Shown: positions 1-9,803, counted from the stretch's first letter. The stretch is DNA of 64,000 nt from Pseudomonadota bacterium (GCA_039799905.1 JBDLRP010000019.1:1-64000), one strand, 5' to 3'. Numbers and translations are program-made. The notes: generated by a model from the letters alone, not told the origin.

Positions 1-257
1 CGCGGCTGCAGTGGCTGGCAGTAAATGCATTCAAGCGTATGCTCGTTTCATCAGAGGACTGGAGCGTGAATGTCGAAGTGCATCCGCGATCAGCAAAGGC
101 AACATATCCACCAGCAGGAACAACCCCAGCACTGGGCAATGGCGCATCGCCACTGAGCGTCGAGAGCGATCGAGCACATCCCGACGATGTGCTGCCAGCA
201 CTGCATGCTGTAAGCGCAAAAATCGAAGAGATTTGTGTTAAATGCGTTTTCATATAG
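1..257 (+). CDS. 3' end of a hypothetical protein (5' truncated by the window edge)
   Basis: The frame is open from base 3 (RLQWLAVNAFKRMLVSSEDW...) to the stop at 257 and is followed by an AT-rich intergenic tract. No recognisable motif. Confidence 0.45.
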   Translation, partial: RLQWLAVNAFKRMLVSSEDWSVNVEVHPRSAKATYPPAGTTPALGNGASPLSVESDRAHPDDVLPALHAVSAKIEEICVKCVFI

Positions 258-362
258 CGCGTATCGGAATGTGTTAGAAGATTTTTAAAAAATATTCTAA
301 ATAGTTGTTATTATGCGAGAATATCTCTTTTGCGAAAGTGTGGACTTCTTCACATTATGCAA

Positions 363-1367
363 TCATGGCGCAGGAACCGTCTGGGTCACGCAGTGAATTG
401 AACCTCCGCGGACGATGGATTTGTCCGATGGGATCATCCGCACTTTGAAGCCGGCACTTTCATAGAGCGCCCGTGCTTGGTCGTTTTTCTCTGTCTCGCC
501 AGAATATTCCGGGACCAAGGCCAAGCCGTTCACCAGGAGTGAGTTTGTATAGGTATACCACGTGCCGTTACTGAACCATCCACCGATTCGCAAAACGTTG
601 TAGTCGCGGCCGTCGCTCGTCTTTATTTTTCTGAAGTACTCGGCCGCTGCATCGAAGACACTTCGGAATGGCTCAGTTTCAGCTTCTGAAATCAAAACCG
701 TGTCAGGTGAAAGCAGTTTGACGAACATGTCGATGTGCCCGGTTCCGTCGAGTGGAGCACGCGGAGACCCTGCGTATTCGAGGACATGAATTTTCTGTGC
801 ACCGTATATTTTTTTGAGTCGCTCATCGACCTCGGCCCGTGGCAAACGGTCATTCCAGCTGTATGTTCTGTTGGTCATAAATAGGTTACCTGCGGAATCG
901 GTCATAAAATTTCCGCCGTCAAGAATCAGGTCCGTCTTTACTGCGGGGAAGTCGAGCTTTTGAGCCAGACACACCGGAAGCCGGTCGTCACTCCTGCGCG
1001 ATGAAAAATGTCGGTAAACGGCATCAACAAAGGCAACTTGGCCAGTGTCAGAATGAATTCCAATCGGGCCGTAATCACGAATCCAAATGGTGTTGAGCGG
1101 ACAGTCAACTGGTTCGTAACGGTCCCGCGGAAGGTCTGCCAGCTGACGGGGTCCGTCGGCGGCAATCACAGATACACTGCTGTCTTCGGCAAGCGCTCTG
1201 CTGATATCTTTTAAAATTGAGAGAGGCTCACGCCAGCCGATCACAACGGCTTGCACGGGTTCGAATTCCGCAGGAACACGCAGGTCTGCCCACGCAGTTC
1301 GACTCATCAGCAATGCAATCATCAAAAAAAATCTTGGGTTGCGAAGCGATTTTGCAGAGTGATTCAT
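363..1367 (-). CDS. Agmatine/peptidylarginine deiminase family protein (PAD_porph), probably secreted
   Basis: Motifs PAEFEP, WIRDYGP, LDGGN, GTGHIDMF, YTNSLLVNG and GGSIHCVTQ (catalytic Cys). The N-terminal hydrophobic segment ends in AWA. Confidence 0.9.
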   Translation of the reverse strand: MNHSAKSLRNPRFFLMIALLMSRTAWADLRVPAEFEPVQAVVIGWREPLSILKDISRALAEDSSVSVIAADGPRQLADLPRDRYEPVDCPLNTIWIRDYGPIGIHSDTGQVAFVDAVYRHFSSRRSDDRLPVCLAQKLDFPAVKTDLILDGGNFMTDSAGNLFMTNRTYSWNDRLPRAEVDERLKKIYGAQKIHVLEYAGSPRAPLDGTGHIDMFVKLLSPDTVLISEAETEPFRSVFDAAAEYFRKIKTSDGRDYNVLRIGGWFSNGTWYTYTNSLLVNGLALVPEYSGETEKNDQARALYESAGFKVRMIPSDKSIVRGGSIHCVTQTVPAP

Positions 1368-1475
1368 GTGGAGTTCCGCTAAAAAGCCATCAGCGTTGTC
1401 TAAACCGTAGACAGTTTGTCAGAGAAAATACTGAATGCAAGTCCTCGAAAAACTGAGCGAGTGGAAGAAAATTCG

Positions 1476-1492
1476 TTGGCATGGGGTTTGCT
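1476..1492 (+). promoter_or_regulatory. Putative sigma54 (-24/-12) promoter
   Basis: TTGGCATGGGGTTTGCT fits YTGGCACGRNNNTTGCW with exact GG-N10-GC spacing and lies about 55 bp upstream of the ATG at 1546. Confidence 0.65.
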
Positions 1493-1545
1493 CATACGCG
1501 GGTGTCACCAGCCCGTTTGGGCGCTTTCCCGGTTTGGGGGTCACC

Positions 1546-2511
1546 ATGTCGAGATTTTCACTTCCGCTGACACTTGTTGCTTTCGCCGCTCTGAGTGCCT
1601 GCAACTCAGGAGCAAACAAATCGAATGCGGAGAGTAATTCTCTCGGTGGTGCAAATTGTGTTTTCGATGCCCTCGACCCGTTTGAACCGCGTAGCCGCCT
1701 TCCGATGGGCGACAACAAAGGCAAGTGCCATGACACGCGAAAGGCTCGTTCACTTGTTCGACTCTCTGCAGAAGACGCGCAGAAATATGGTGGCTCTGTC
1801 AAAGACGTGCTCACGGTCGCCAACATCTCTCACAAAGGTAAATTTTACGTTGGTCATATTCCTCTCAACAGTCTGAAAGCGGCAATCTTTCATCTTGAAT
1901 ACTTTCCTGCTGTCGTGCCTGCGGGACACACTCAATTGCGCTTGCAGTTTGATGAGAAACTTCCCGTGACTCTGATATCTCAGTCCAAATCAGAGCCCAC
2001 TTCGGTTGAGCGCGTCACCGATTTGGTGATGAGCGTCGAGGCCCTTGGCCAACCTGGTTTTCAGTATGACATTTTCAAAGGGATGGATAATCAATTCGGA
2101 GCGATTTACCGCCTGACGTCGCTCGAAGAGAAATATGATCACATGGTCCGCAAGCAGAACCACCGCGTCGAGCAGTGGAAGATGGGCGTCGACAAGAATG
2201 GTCAGCCGGGAATCAGTCATGCCGAATTGCGCACGATTCTTGAGAAGTACGTCGCCAAGAGTGAATCATTGGGAATGAACGCGATGTACCACACAATCAA
2301 GCTCAATTGCACCAACGAAATCATGGCTGCGCTTGACGACGGCATTGAATATTCACTGCGCGAAAAGTTTGGCAAGTTCACCGCTAAGTCAACCGACTTT
2401 TATCCAAACGTCATCCGTATTTCTCTCATCAAGCGTGGACTGATGCCGCTTGGCAAGGGCAATGATTTACCTGAACTCAAGGATGATCCGGTGGCTGCCA
2501 AATTCAAGTGA
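1546..2511 (+). CDS. Lipoprotein with a DUF4105/Lnb_N-like (permuted papain-like) domain
   Basis: Lipobox LSAC after MSRFSLPLTLVAFAA. GHTQLRL and YHTIKLNCTNE resemble the GH...Y-x5-NC motifs of DUF4105. Start moved from 1435 to 1546. Confidence 0.55.
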   Translation: MSRFSLPLTLVAFAALSACNSGANKSNAESNSLGGANCVFDALDPFEPRSRLPMGDNKGKCHDTRKARSLVRLSAEDAQKYGGSVKDVLTVANISHKGKFYVGHIPLNSLKAAIFHLEYFPAVVPAGHTQLRLQFDEKLPVTLISQSKSEPTSVERVTDLVMSVEALGQPGFQYDIFKGMDNQFGAIYRLTSLEEKYDHMVRKQNHRVEQWKMGVDKNGQPGISHAELRTILEKYVAKSESLGMNAMYHTIKLNCTNEIMAALDDGIEYSLREKFGKFTAKSTDFYPNVIRISLIKRGLMPLGKGNDLPELKDDPVAAKFK

Positions 2512-2512
2512 A

Positions 2513-3376
2513 TCAAAGCCCCAGGGCGAACGTGTTGGTTGCGGTGTTGCCCTGATTATCGCGCACGACAAACTGACCCGCGGGCGCCGTTGTCCCAGAT
2601 GGGAATGTGCGTTCCGGGTTTGCTGACCAGGTTTTTCCGCCGTCAAACGAGTAGGCTTCCGGATGTAGGCCCGAACCTGCGTCGGAAGCCACAAGCGTGA
2701 CTGACTTGCCGCCCGCGACGTCAGATGTCTTGAAGCTCAGGCTTGGTGGTGTGGTGTCGATTGCGTATTTGCTTCCTGCCTGAACTGACAACTGAATTGC
2801 TCCGCCAGCGGGCTGGCATGCAGCATTCAGAACCTCCTCCGGCAATTTTCCTGTCGCCAAAATGTCCGTTTGCGTGATTGTTGCAGCAAGATTTTTTCGA
2901 TCCAAGTCGCTCAAATTCAAGACGCTGCTGATTCCCTGGCTAGGCTGTTGGATGGTGATGCGTTGAACGCTGAACGCATTTCTGAGCTGAATGCTCACGC
3001 GTCCGTATCTGTCTGTTTTAACTTGATGCAGCGGAACGCCCTCTTCCTGGACGCTCACAACACCCGCAGACACGGGTGTGTTTGCGTTTCCAGTTGTAAC
3101 TACCATTGTCAGGTATCCACCCAAAACGACCTGCGGTGGTATGACTTCATCACTGGCCACAGAATCTTCATTCCCTTGAATAGGATCTTTGAAAGTATCT
3201 GTGGTTTGACTGGTGTCTGCAGAAGAGTTGGAAGGATTTTGAGTGCCGTTTGTGTTTGATGGGTTTGTTGCGTCGGGCTTTTTTCGGAAGCTGGGCGACT
3301 GAGTTGCGCCGTCATATGACGACTGGCCGCAACCGGTCATAACCGAAATGAATGCTATGACCATGAATTTAAACAT
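2513..3376 (-). CDS. Hypothetical lipoprotein with a C-terminal Ig-like module
   Basis: Lipobox MTGC and a Ser/Thr/Asn-rich linker. DTTPP...SDAGSGL...YSFDGGKTW...DNQGN is typical of bacterial Ig-like repeats. GGAGG RBS. Confidence 0.6.
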   Translation of the reverse strand: MFKFMVIAFISVMTGCGQSSYDGATQSPSFRKKPDATNPSNTNGTQNPSNSSADTSQTTDTFKDPIQGNEDSVASDEVIPPQVVLGGYLTMVVTTGNANTPVSAGVVSVQEEGVPLHQVKTDRYGRVSIQLRNAFSVQRITIQQPSQGISSVLNLSDLDRKNLAATITQTDILATGKLPEEVLNAACQPAGGAIQLSVQAGSKYAIDTTPPSLSFKTSDVAGGKSVTLVASDAGSGLHPEAYSFDGGKTWSANPERTFPSGTTAPAGQFVVRDNQGNTATNTFALGL

Positions 3377-3394
3377 CGCTTTCCTCCAAGAGAA

Positions 3395-3422
3395 TTTTCG
3401 GAACTCTTTTGGCGGGGCTTAA
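3395..3422 (-). promoter_or_regulatory. Putative sigma28/FliA-type promoter
   Basis: Minus strand reads TTAAGCCC-N12-TCCGAAAA, about 20 bp upstream of the lipoprotein ATG at 3376. Confidence 0.4.
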
Positions 3423-3498
3423 AGACTCAACTTGAGTCCCCGGAATCGTTGACTTATTTTGGCCTGACAGAGGGCTTGCTCGTTTTTAGGCAGCGCAT

Positions 3499-4896
3499 TC
3501 ATCCGTTCCTGAGTTCGCGGATATGTTCAATTGGGTAGAGCTGCAGGTCGCAGTGCGCCGCTTCACTTTTCTGCAGTTCAGCAAGAGCCTGTTTTTCCAT
3601 CTGATAATTTCGCCGCGGTAGGTACACCCGTTCGAATCCGAGTTTCATTGCCTCTTGTACTCGACCCACCGGATTGGTTGTTGCACGGATCTCTCCGCTG
3701 AGTCCGACTTCACCGAAAAAGGCGACACGCCCTTGCCATGGAGTTTCGGTCACACTGGAGTAAACGCTCGCGGCAACCGCGAGGTCACTGGCAGGTTCGC
3801 TCAACTTTAATCCACCGGCAACGTTGGCGTAGAGGTCCAAAAGCCCGAGCGAAACACCGGCGCGTCGCTCCAGCACGGCAAGCAAAATTGCAAAGCGGTT
3901 GGGGTCGAGGCCTGTGACTGTGCGGCGCGGAGTTGCCAGGGTTGACTTGCCTGCAAGCGATTGGATTTCAACCAGCAGAGGGCGCGTGCCCTCCATGGAA
4001 ATTGCAACAGCAGACCCCTCGACTCCTGATTTCAAACTTTCCAAGAACAGTGCGCTGGGGTTGGCGACATCAGAGAGTCCGCCTGCCTGCATGGCAAACA
4101 CTCCTACTTCACCTGTCGATCCGAAACGATTTTTGTGGCTGCGAAGAATGCGAAATCCGGTGGCCGGATCTCCTTCGAGATGCATCACGGTGTCGACCAG
4201 ATGTTCGAGCACACGTGGGCCCGCAATGGCTCCTTCCTTCGTGACGTGCCCGACAATCCAAGTCGTGATTCCATGAATTTTGGCAACGTCCATCAGTCGT
4301 GCTGTGCATTCACGAACCTGAGTGACACTGCCCGGACTGCTTGGGTAATCCGCGTGCGCAACAGTCTGGATGGAGTCGACCACCAAGACGTGCGGCTTGA
4401 GTTGCAGTGCCTGAGCGACAATTGTTCCCAAATCAGTTTCGTTGAACAAAAGAATATTCGGATGAATGGTGCGCAGCCTGTCGGCGCGTAGCTTGATTTG
4501 TTCGCGGCTTTCCTCGCCGCTTGCATAAAGCACATTGTAGCCGCGCGACGCGAGTCCAAACAAGGCTTGCAGCAGCAGAGTGGATTTGCCGACACCCGGG
4601 TCTCCGCTGATGAGAACCAGGCTTCCCGCGACAAGCCCGCCGCCCAAAACGCGATCGAGTTCTGGCAGGCCGCAAAAAATACGCGGAACAGTTTCGTGGC
4701 GGACTTCAGTGATGGGCATGGGCCGTTCGACAGGACGCGTTGACTGCGTCTCGGGCCTCAACGTCGAGGATTTCTCGTTGAATATTTCTTCGGAGAACGA
4801 GTTCCAGGCATTGCAGTCGGGGCACTTACCCATCCACTTGGGTTGCTGAGTACCGCACTGGCCGCAAACGAAAATTGTCTTTTTGGAGGATTTCAA
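3499..4896 (-). CDS. radA: DNA repair protein RadA/Sms
   Basis: C4 zinc finger (CGQCG...CPDC), Walker A GDPGVGKST, the KNRFG motif and a C-terminal Lon-like domain (GEVGLSGE). Confidence 0.97.
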   Translation of the reverse strand: MKSSKKTIFVCGQCGTQQPKWMGKCPDCNAWNSFSEEIFNEKSSTLRPETQSTRPVERPMPITEVRHETVPRIFCGLPELDRVLGGGLVAGSLVLISGDPGVGKSTLLLQALFGLASRGYNVLYASGEESREQIKLRADRLRTIHPNILLFNETDLGTIVAQALQLKPHVLVVDSIQTVAHADYPSSPGSVTQVRECTARLMDVAKIHGITTWIVGHVTKEGAIAGPRVLEHLVDTVMHLEGDPATGFRILRSHKNRFGSTGEVGVFAMQAGGLSDVANPSALFLESLKSGVEGSAVAISMEGTRPLLVEIQSLAGKSTLATPRRTVTGLDPNRFAILLAVLERRAGVSLGLLDLYANVAGGLKLSEPASDLAVAASVYSSVTETPWQGRVAFFGEVGLSGEIRATTNPVGRVQEAMKLGFERVYLPRRNYQMEKQALAELQKSEAAHCDLQLYPIEHIRELRNG

Positions 4897-4913
4897 ACGG
4901 GCATCTCCGAACT

Positions 4914-6335
4914 TCAGGTCCGGTTGCCGTCATACCAGAAAATTGCGATGACTTCAGCATGCATCGTATGGGTAAAGCAATCGAACAGCGCCAATGAATG
5001 TAGATGGAAGGCGGCGTCGAGAAAAGGCTTGGTGTCGCGGGCAAAACTCGCCATATCGCAGGCAATCCAGGCCACCACGCTCGGAGTCTGCTTTTTGGTC
5101 AGGGCGGTGGCGAGCGCGCGTGCGGTGGGGGCACCGATTCCGTCGCGCGGCGGATCGCAGAGCAGGATGTCAGGCAGCTCATTTGCCTTGACCCGCGCAG
5201 CAATAAACTCGCGGACGTCTTCAACGGTGGCCTGACCCGCAAGTGAGGGATGATTCCACTTCAGCGCCTGAATTGCAGCTGATACTCCCTCGACGCACCA
5301 TGTGGTCACGTGTCGTTGGTTGCCTGCGACTTTGCTTGGCAAATCGGAGAAGGCGCCTGCTCCACAATAGAGGTCCCAAGCGGTCCAATTGCGCTTGTTG
5401 CTGAGTTTCTCAAGCTGCGGCTGTTTGAGCAGATTTTTCAATTGGCGGGTTATTTCTCCGCGATAGAGTTCCATGGCACTGCGGTGGGGCTGAAGAAAAC
5501 CCTGCGGGGAAATGACAAACGATTCAAGTTCGGGATGTGCGATCGTAATGAAACCCTTGCCGTCGATCTGCACGCCGTTCCATTGTTTGACAAAAGCATG
5601 GATCGCCTCGCGGACCTTTGCTTCGGCAGCGTTGCCAGCCTGACAGCGGGTGTCCTTGAGCCAGAGCGTGACGGTTTCATTCTTGAGCAGAGTTGCTTCG
5701 ATTTGCAGATCAACAAGACGGGCATTGGAAAAGAGCTGCTGAAATTCAGGAGACGTCAAACGCGCATGAAGCTCTGCTCTGGCCCGCTCGAGCTGCGGTG
5801 CAACAATCAGACATCCTTCGGCGGTGCCTACCGTGTGGGTTTTGCGGGCAAAAAAACCAAGTTCCTTGCCATCAAAATGCCAGCGGACGCGCTGACGGTA
5901 ACGTGCCGGAGCGGCTTGCTCGCAGCGCAACATACGCGCGGCGCTGTTGAGTTGTTCGGCCGGCCACTGACCGATTCGGCGGAGGGTCTGAATCAACCAT
6001 TGCTTTTTGAGTGTCAGCTGCGCCGCGGGAGCAACGTGCTGGAGCTGACAACCTCCGCATTGCGAAGCGTGACGGCAGGGCGGCTTTTGCCGCATGTCTG
6101 ACTTCTTCAAGACAGAGGCGATCTGCGCCTCAGCCATCGTAGAGCTTTCGTGAATGAGCGTTGCGGTAATCACCTCACCGCCAAGACCACCCTCAACAAA
6201 AACAACCTTGCCGTTTGCCAGACGCCCGACGCCGCGGCCGTCGGTGGCTGTGTCGTGCAGCTCAAGTTCGAAAGCCGGAGCCGGAGCGGGAGATGGAGTT
6301 GCTGGTTGTTTATGAGTTTCTTTTTGCAAGAACAT
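4914..6335 (-). CDS. TRAM-domain RNA (uracil-5)-methyltransferase, RlmD/TrmA family
   Basis: TRAM domain (DGRGVG...VFVEGGLGGE), Fe-S motif CRHASQCGGC, DLYCGAG, DPPRDG, IACD and HAE. Alternative start at 6374. Confidence 0.9.
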   Translation of the reverse strand: MFLQKETHKQPATPSPAPAPAFELELHDTATDGRGVGRLANGKVVFVEGGLGGEVITATLIHESSTMAEAQIASVLKKSDMRQKPPCRHASQCGGCQLQHVAPAAQLTLKKQWLIQTLRRIGQWPAEQLNSAARMLRCEQAAPARYRQRVRWHFDGKELGFFARKTHTVGTAEGCLIVAPQLERARAELHARLTSPEFQQLFSNARLVDLQIEATLLKNETVTLWLKDTRCQAGNAAEAKVREAIHAFVKQWNGVQIDGKGFITIAHPELESFVISPQGFLQPHRSAMELYRGEITRQLKNLLKQPQLEKLSNKRNWTAWDLYCGAGAFSDLPSKVAGNQRHVTTWCVEGVSAAIQALKWNHPSLAGQATVEDVREFIAARVKANELPDILLCDPPRDGIGAPTARALATALTKKQTPSVVAWIACDMASFARDTKPFLDAAFHLHSLALFDCFTHTMHAEVIAIFWYDGNRT

Positions 6336-6484
6336 CCCCAACGCTGTGTTGTTTTGTGAGCACTCCAAAAACAATGTTGAAGTTGCTTTTCACCGGTCGC
6401 GAACACTGACTCACAATCCAGCATATCGCGATTCGCTTCGCCTTGCCAAACAGCAGCGACGTTTCTTTGTTAGAAAAATTCAAT

Positions 6485-7849
6485 TCAGTATGCGTTTGGG
6501 TGAATGAGTCCTTTGAGTGGAGTGAGTGCACAGATTTTCAAATCGAGCCATAAACTCCAGTTCTGAATATACCAAAGGTCGCATTCAATGCGCTTCTCCA
6601 AAGACGTGTTGCCGCGCCAGCCGTTGATTTGTGCCCAGCCTGTGATGCCGGCTTTGACCTTGTGACGGAGCATGTATCCGGGAAGATTGTGTCTGAATTG
6701 GTCGACGAAGTAAGGACGTTCCGGACGCGGCCCGACGACACTCATCTCGCCTCTCAGCACGTTCCAAAACTGTGGAATTTCATCGAGACTACTCTTGCGG
6801 AGAAAAGCGCCGACCTTTGTCACTCGGTCATCATTCTTGCTTGCCCAGACCGGGCCGGACTGGTGTTCAGCATCAACGCGCATGCCACGGAACTTCAGGC
6901 AATAAAAAGTTTTCCCATCGAGCCCCATGCGTTCTTGCTTGTAGAAGACAGGACCGGGGCTGGACAACCTCACAGCGATCGCACACAGCAGATAAACCGG
7001 ACAGAGTAGCACCAGCACTGCAAGCGAAAATGCAATGTCGAAACCGCGCTTGAGCAGGCGACCGTAGCTGTCAAGACTCGAGCTGTTGAGGACGATGGCA
7101 GGCAGTGAATCCAGTTGCATGACGCGCGGTGCGAGAAATTCCGGAGCTTCAAAATCTGGGATGACAAAAACATCGGCCAGCGTGTTTCCCAGCGTTTGAT
7201 AAATAGTATGCAATTGCTGAGTTTCATTTGCCGAGGGCGCGAGAAAAACAACATCAATGTCGCCTTGACCGAGGCGGTTTTTCACCTCGGGAAGCTCTTC
7301 AATCTTCAGCTGTGAGTCGAGTGCAAGCGCCCAGTCATCGCGCTCGCGGATCATTTTTGCCATACGTTCGGCAACCACGCCGCTGCCGACAACGACCGCT
7401 CTACCGCGGTTGTTTGATTGCCGAAGGTATAATCTATTTAGCTTGCGGACAAAGCTGCGACCGAATGCGAGAGCGACCGGAGCCATCAGAAAAAATAAAC
7501 CGAGTGTGACGCGTGAAAAACGGTGATCATAAATGAAGTACACGGACGTCACGAAGACCACGAACGACATGACGTGAGCGCGGCTGAGGTCGAAGGCTTC
7601 TTCCCATACCCGCCTGCGATCAAGACTGCGGCGGTAAACTCCGAGTGCGACAAAGACAAAGGCATACGAAAAGATGAGTGCCGGCAAAAGTTTTGCGTAG
7701 TTGGCAAAGGTGTCATCGCCCTTTGTAAGTTCGATGACAGAGCTCTTAAAGCGGATCAAAAAAGCAGCAACCCAGCAGAACATCACAGCGAGCAGGTCAA
7801 CGCTGCCGCGGAAAAGATTGAGCAGTTGTGCGTGCCGGTGAATGCGCAT
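6485..7849 (-). CDS. Undecaprenyl-phosphate glucose phosphotransferase (WcaJ/GumD-like)
   Basis: N-terminal TM helices, a Rossmann-like region and the Bac_transf motifs [34 protein letters not shown] and [10 protein letters not shown]. Confidence 0.92.
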   Translation of the reverse strand: MRIHRHAQLLNLFRGSVDLLAVMFCWVAAFLIRFKSSVIELTKGDDTFANYAKLLPALIFSYAFVFVALGVYRRSLDRRRVWEEAFDLSRAHVMSFVVFVTSVYFIYDHRFSRVTLGLFFLMAPVALAFGRSFVRKLNRLYLRQSNNRGRAVVVGSGVVAERMAKMIRERDDWALALDSQLKIEELPEVKNRLGQGDIDVVFLAPSANETQQLHTIYQTLGNTLADVFVIPDFEAPEFLAPRVMQLDSLPAIVLNSSSLDSYGRLLKRGFDIAFSLAVLVLLCPVYLLCAIAVRLSSPGPVFYKQERMGLDGKTFYCLKFRGMRVDAEHQSGPVWASKNDDRVTKVGAFLRKSSLDEIPQFWNVLRGEMSVVGPRPERPYFVDQFRHNLPGYMLRHKVKAGITGWAQINGWRGNTSLEKRIECDLWYIQNWSLWLDLKICALTPLKGLIHPNAY

Positions 7850-7851
7850 GA

Positions 7852-9003
7852 TTACCTTTTTTCCAGTAAAGTCAGCAGATGATCCGCAAAGTTTTCGGCA
7901 AACCGGTGGTGGGAAAATGATTCGCAGTGCGCGCGCAGGTCGTTCTCATTCGCCTCAAGTGCGAGGGCATTAGACACTGCCCTGCGCATCGAATCGTCGT
8001 CGCCCAGTTCAAAAAGAGTGCCGGTGTGACCATCTATCACGGTTTCTCCGGTGCCTCCTTGCCGGGGTGCCACGACCCAACATCCAGATGCCATAGCTTC
8101 GAGCGGGACAATGCCAAAATCTTCCAGAGCAGGAAAGAGGAGGACTTTGTGGTCGGCATAGAGGCTGGCAACTTGGGTGTCGTTGGGTTCAATTTCAATG
8201 CGAACCAAGGGGTGTTTGCTGTATTTTGATGCAGCCGCGAGAAGTTCTTCTCCTTGCCCCGCTGCTGTCACGGGAATTCCAAGTCCGACGCAAACGTCTA
8301 GGGCATGTAACATCCGTTTGTAGGGTACCCATGCTCCAAAAATAAGAACCCGTTTTTCACGCTGTGCGGCTGTTTCGTGTTTGGCAAAACGGCTCAAATC
8401 GACGGAAGGGTGAACAACAACGGCCTGGCGGCGGTAATAAAGCTCACAACGGCGCGCAACAAAATGACTGTTCGCGATGAACAGGTCGACACGCGCACTG
8501 GCCGTGACATCCCACGTGCGCAGACCCTTGAGCAGCATGCGCCGGATGATTTCAATTGGGCGTCGCAACGACGGCGGCTTTGGAAAATAAACGTGCTCTT
8601 GGTCCCAAGCGTAGCGCATCGGACTATGGATATAGCTCGCGTGAAGTGCGGTCGGGGGCGGAATGACTCCCTTTGCGGCGCAACTGCTGCTGCTGATAAC
8701 AAGGTCGTATCCGCGCAAGTCAAGGCTTTCGGCAGCAGTGGGGAGCAGCGGCAGCAATAATTTATAGATACGTTCAATGGCCGGTAGTCTGTTCAGGAAA
8801 GAAGTAAAAGTTTTGTGCGTGCGGTTGGTCTTGAGAACGCCGTCCGGGCGACCCAAAAGACAATAAAGGTCCGCCTGAGGGAAAAGATTGAGGATTTGCT
8901 CGAGAACTCTCTCGCCACCGCGTCTGACAAAGACCCAATCGTGGACGACGGCCACCCGCAGGTGTTTGCATCGTTCAGCTAGTTGTGCGGTGGAACTCAT
9001 CAA
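7852..9003 (-). CDS. Glycosyltransferase family 4
   Basis: VVHDW...GGERV, HSPMRYAWD and EDFGIVPLEAMASG. Ends 2 bp before the WcaJ-like gene starts. Confidence 0.92.
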   Translation of the reverse strand: MMSSTAQLAERCKHLRVAVVHDWVFVRRGGERVLEQILNLFPQADLYCLLGRPDGVLKTNRTHKTFTSFLNRLPAIERIYKLLLPLLPTAAESLDLRGYDLVISSSSCAAKGVIPPPTALHASYIHSPMRYAWDQEHVYFPKPPSLRRPIEIIRRMLLKGLRTWDVTASARVDLFIANSHFVARRCELYYRRQAVVVHPSVDLSRFAKHETAAQREKRVLIFGAWVPYKRMLHALDVCVGLGIPVTAAGQGEELLAAASKYSKHPLVRIEIEPNDTQVASLYADHKVLLFPALEDFGIVPLEAMASGCWVVAPRQGGTGETVIDGHTGTLFELGDDDSMRRAVSNALALEANENDLRAHCESFSHHRFAENFADHLLTLLEKR

Positions 9004-9049
9004 TATAACTCCAAAACCCAGTTTGTTTGAGAAATATTCCTACGACTTC

Positions 9050-9076
9050 TCAAGAATCGCAAGAGACTGCCGATCT
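9050..9076 (+). promoter_or_regulatory. Putative sigma28/FliA-type promoter
   Basis: TCAAGAAT-N11-GCCGATCT compared with the consensus TAAAGTTT-N11-GCCGATAA; about 30 bp upstream of the ATG at 9108. Confidence 0.6.
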
Positions 9077-9107
9077 TGCTCAGCAAGTATAGCGCGGGGG
9101 CTGTCCT

Positions 9108-9803
9108 ATGCTCAGACCATCAATATTCCAGGTTTCATTTGCGTTCGCGCTACTGTCAGGCTGTTCATTTGAAACCAATCCCTACATCCCGCCCAAGGTT
9201 GAAGATGAGCAGCAGTCGCCCGTTCAGAGCACAGCACCGGCTGCTTTCGCGCTTGCTGACGCCAAACCGTTTTGCGTGGGATGCCACTCAGCGACCGGTT
9301 CGGGCAAGAACTCATGGTCCACTGCAGCAGGCAGTGAGGCTGATTGGAAGGTCGTTGCTGCGCAGGCGAAGGCGGCGGTTGTGGCAGGCAACATGCCGAC
9401 GACGCCTATCAGTGCCAACGACAAAACCCGACTGATTGCCTATTTCGACAAGCTCATCGCCGAGACTGCTGCGCAGACGCAAACTCAGACCGGCGGCAAT
9501 ACGAGCAACACGGGCGGAGGAACTTCAGGGGGCAGCAACACGAACCCAGATCCGGGACCAGTCGTTTACAACATCACTAATGCAGTGCAAAAATGCGGGA
9601 GTTGTCATTACTCGGGAGCCAACCCCGCAAGCAGCAAAAAACCATTGGCCAGCTTGGCAGACTTCAACAATCGTACATATTACAGCCGACAACTTTTGCT
9701 CGACGTGTTGGAGCGGAACGTGAATTACATGCCGCAAACTGGCAAATTGCAGGAACCCTACCTGAGCGCGATGAAAACATTCTTTTTGACTCTGGATCCA
9801 TAA
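9108..9803 (+). CDS. Diheme c-type cytochrome lipoprotein
   Basis: Lipobox LSGC. CVGCH and CGSCH are each followed by a Met-Pro axial-ligand motif (GNMP, NYMP). A Gly/Thr linker separates the two domains. Confidence 0.75.
   Translation: MLRPSIFQVSFAFALLSGCSFETNPYIPPKVEDEQQSPVQSTAPAAFALADAKPFCVGCHSATGSGKNSWSTAAGSEADWKVVAAQAKAAVVAGNMPTTPISANDKTRLIAYFDKLIAETAAQTQTQTGGNTSNTGGGTSGGSNTNPDPGPVVYNITNAVQKCGSCHYSGANPASSKKPLASLADFNNRTYYSRQLLLDVLERNVNYMPQTGKLQEPYLSAMKTFFLTLDP

Noticed and set aside
258..362. AT-rich tract as a replication origin or sRNA
   Set aside because: No DnaA-box cluster or stable structure seen. It is an ordinary convergent intergenic region.
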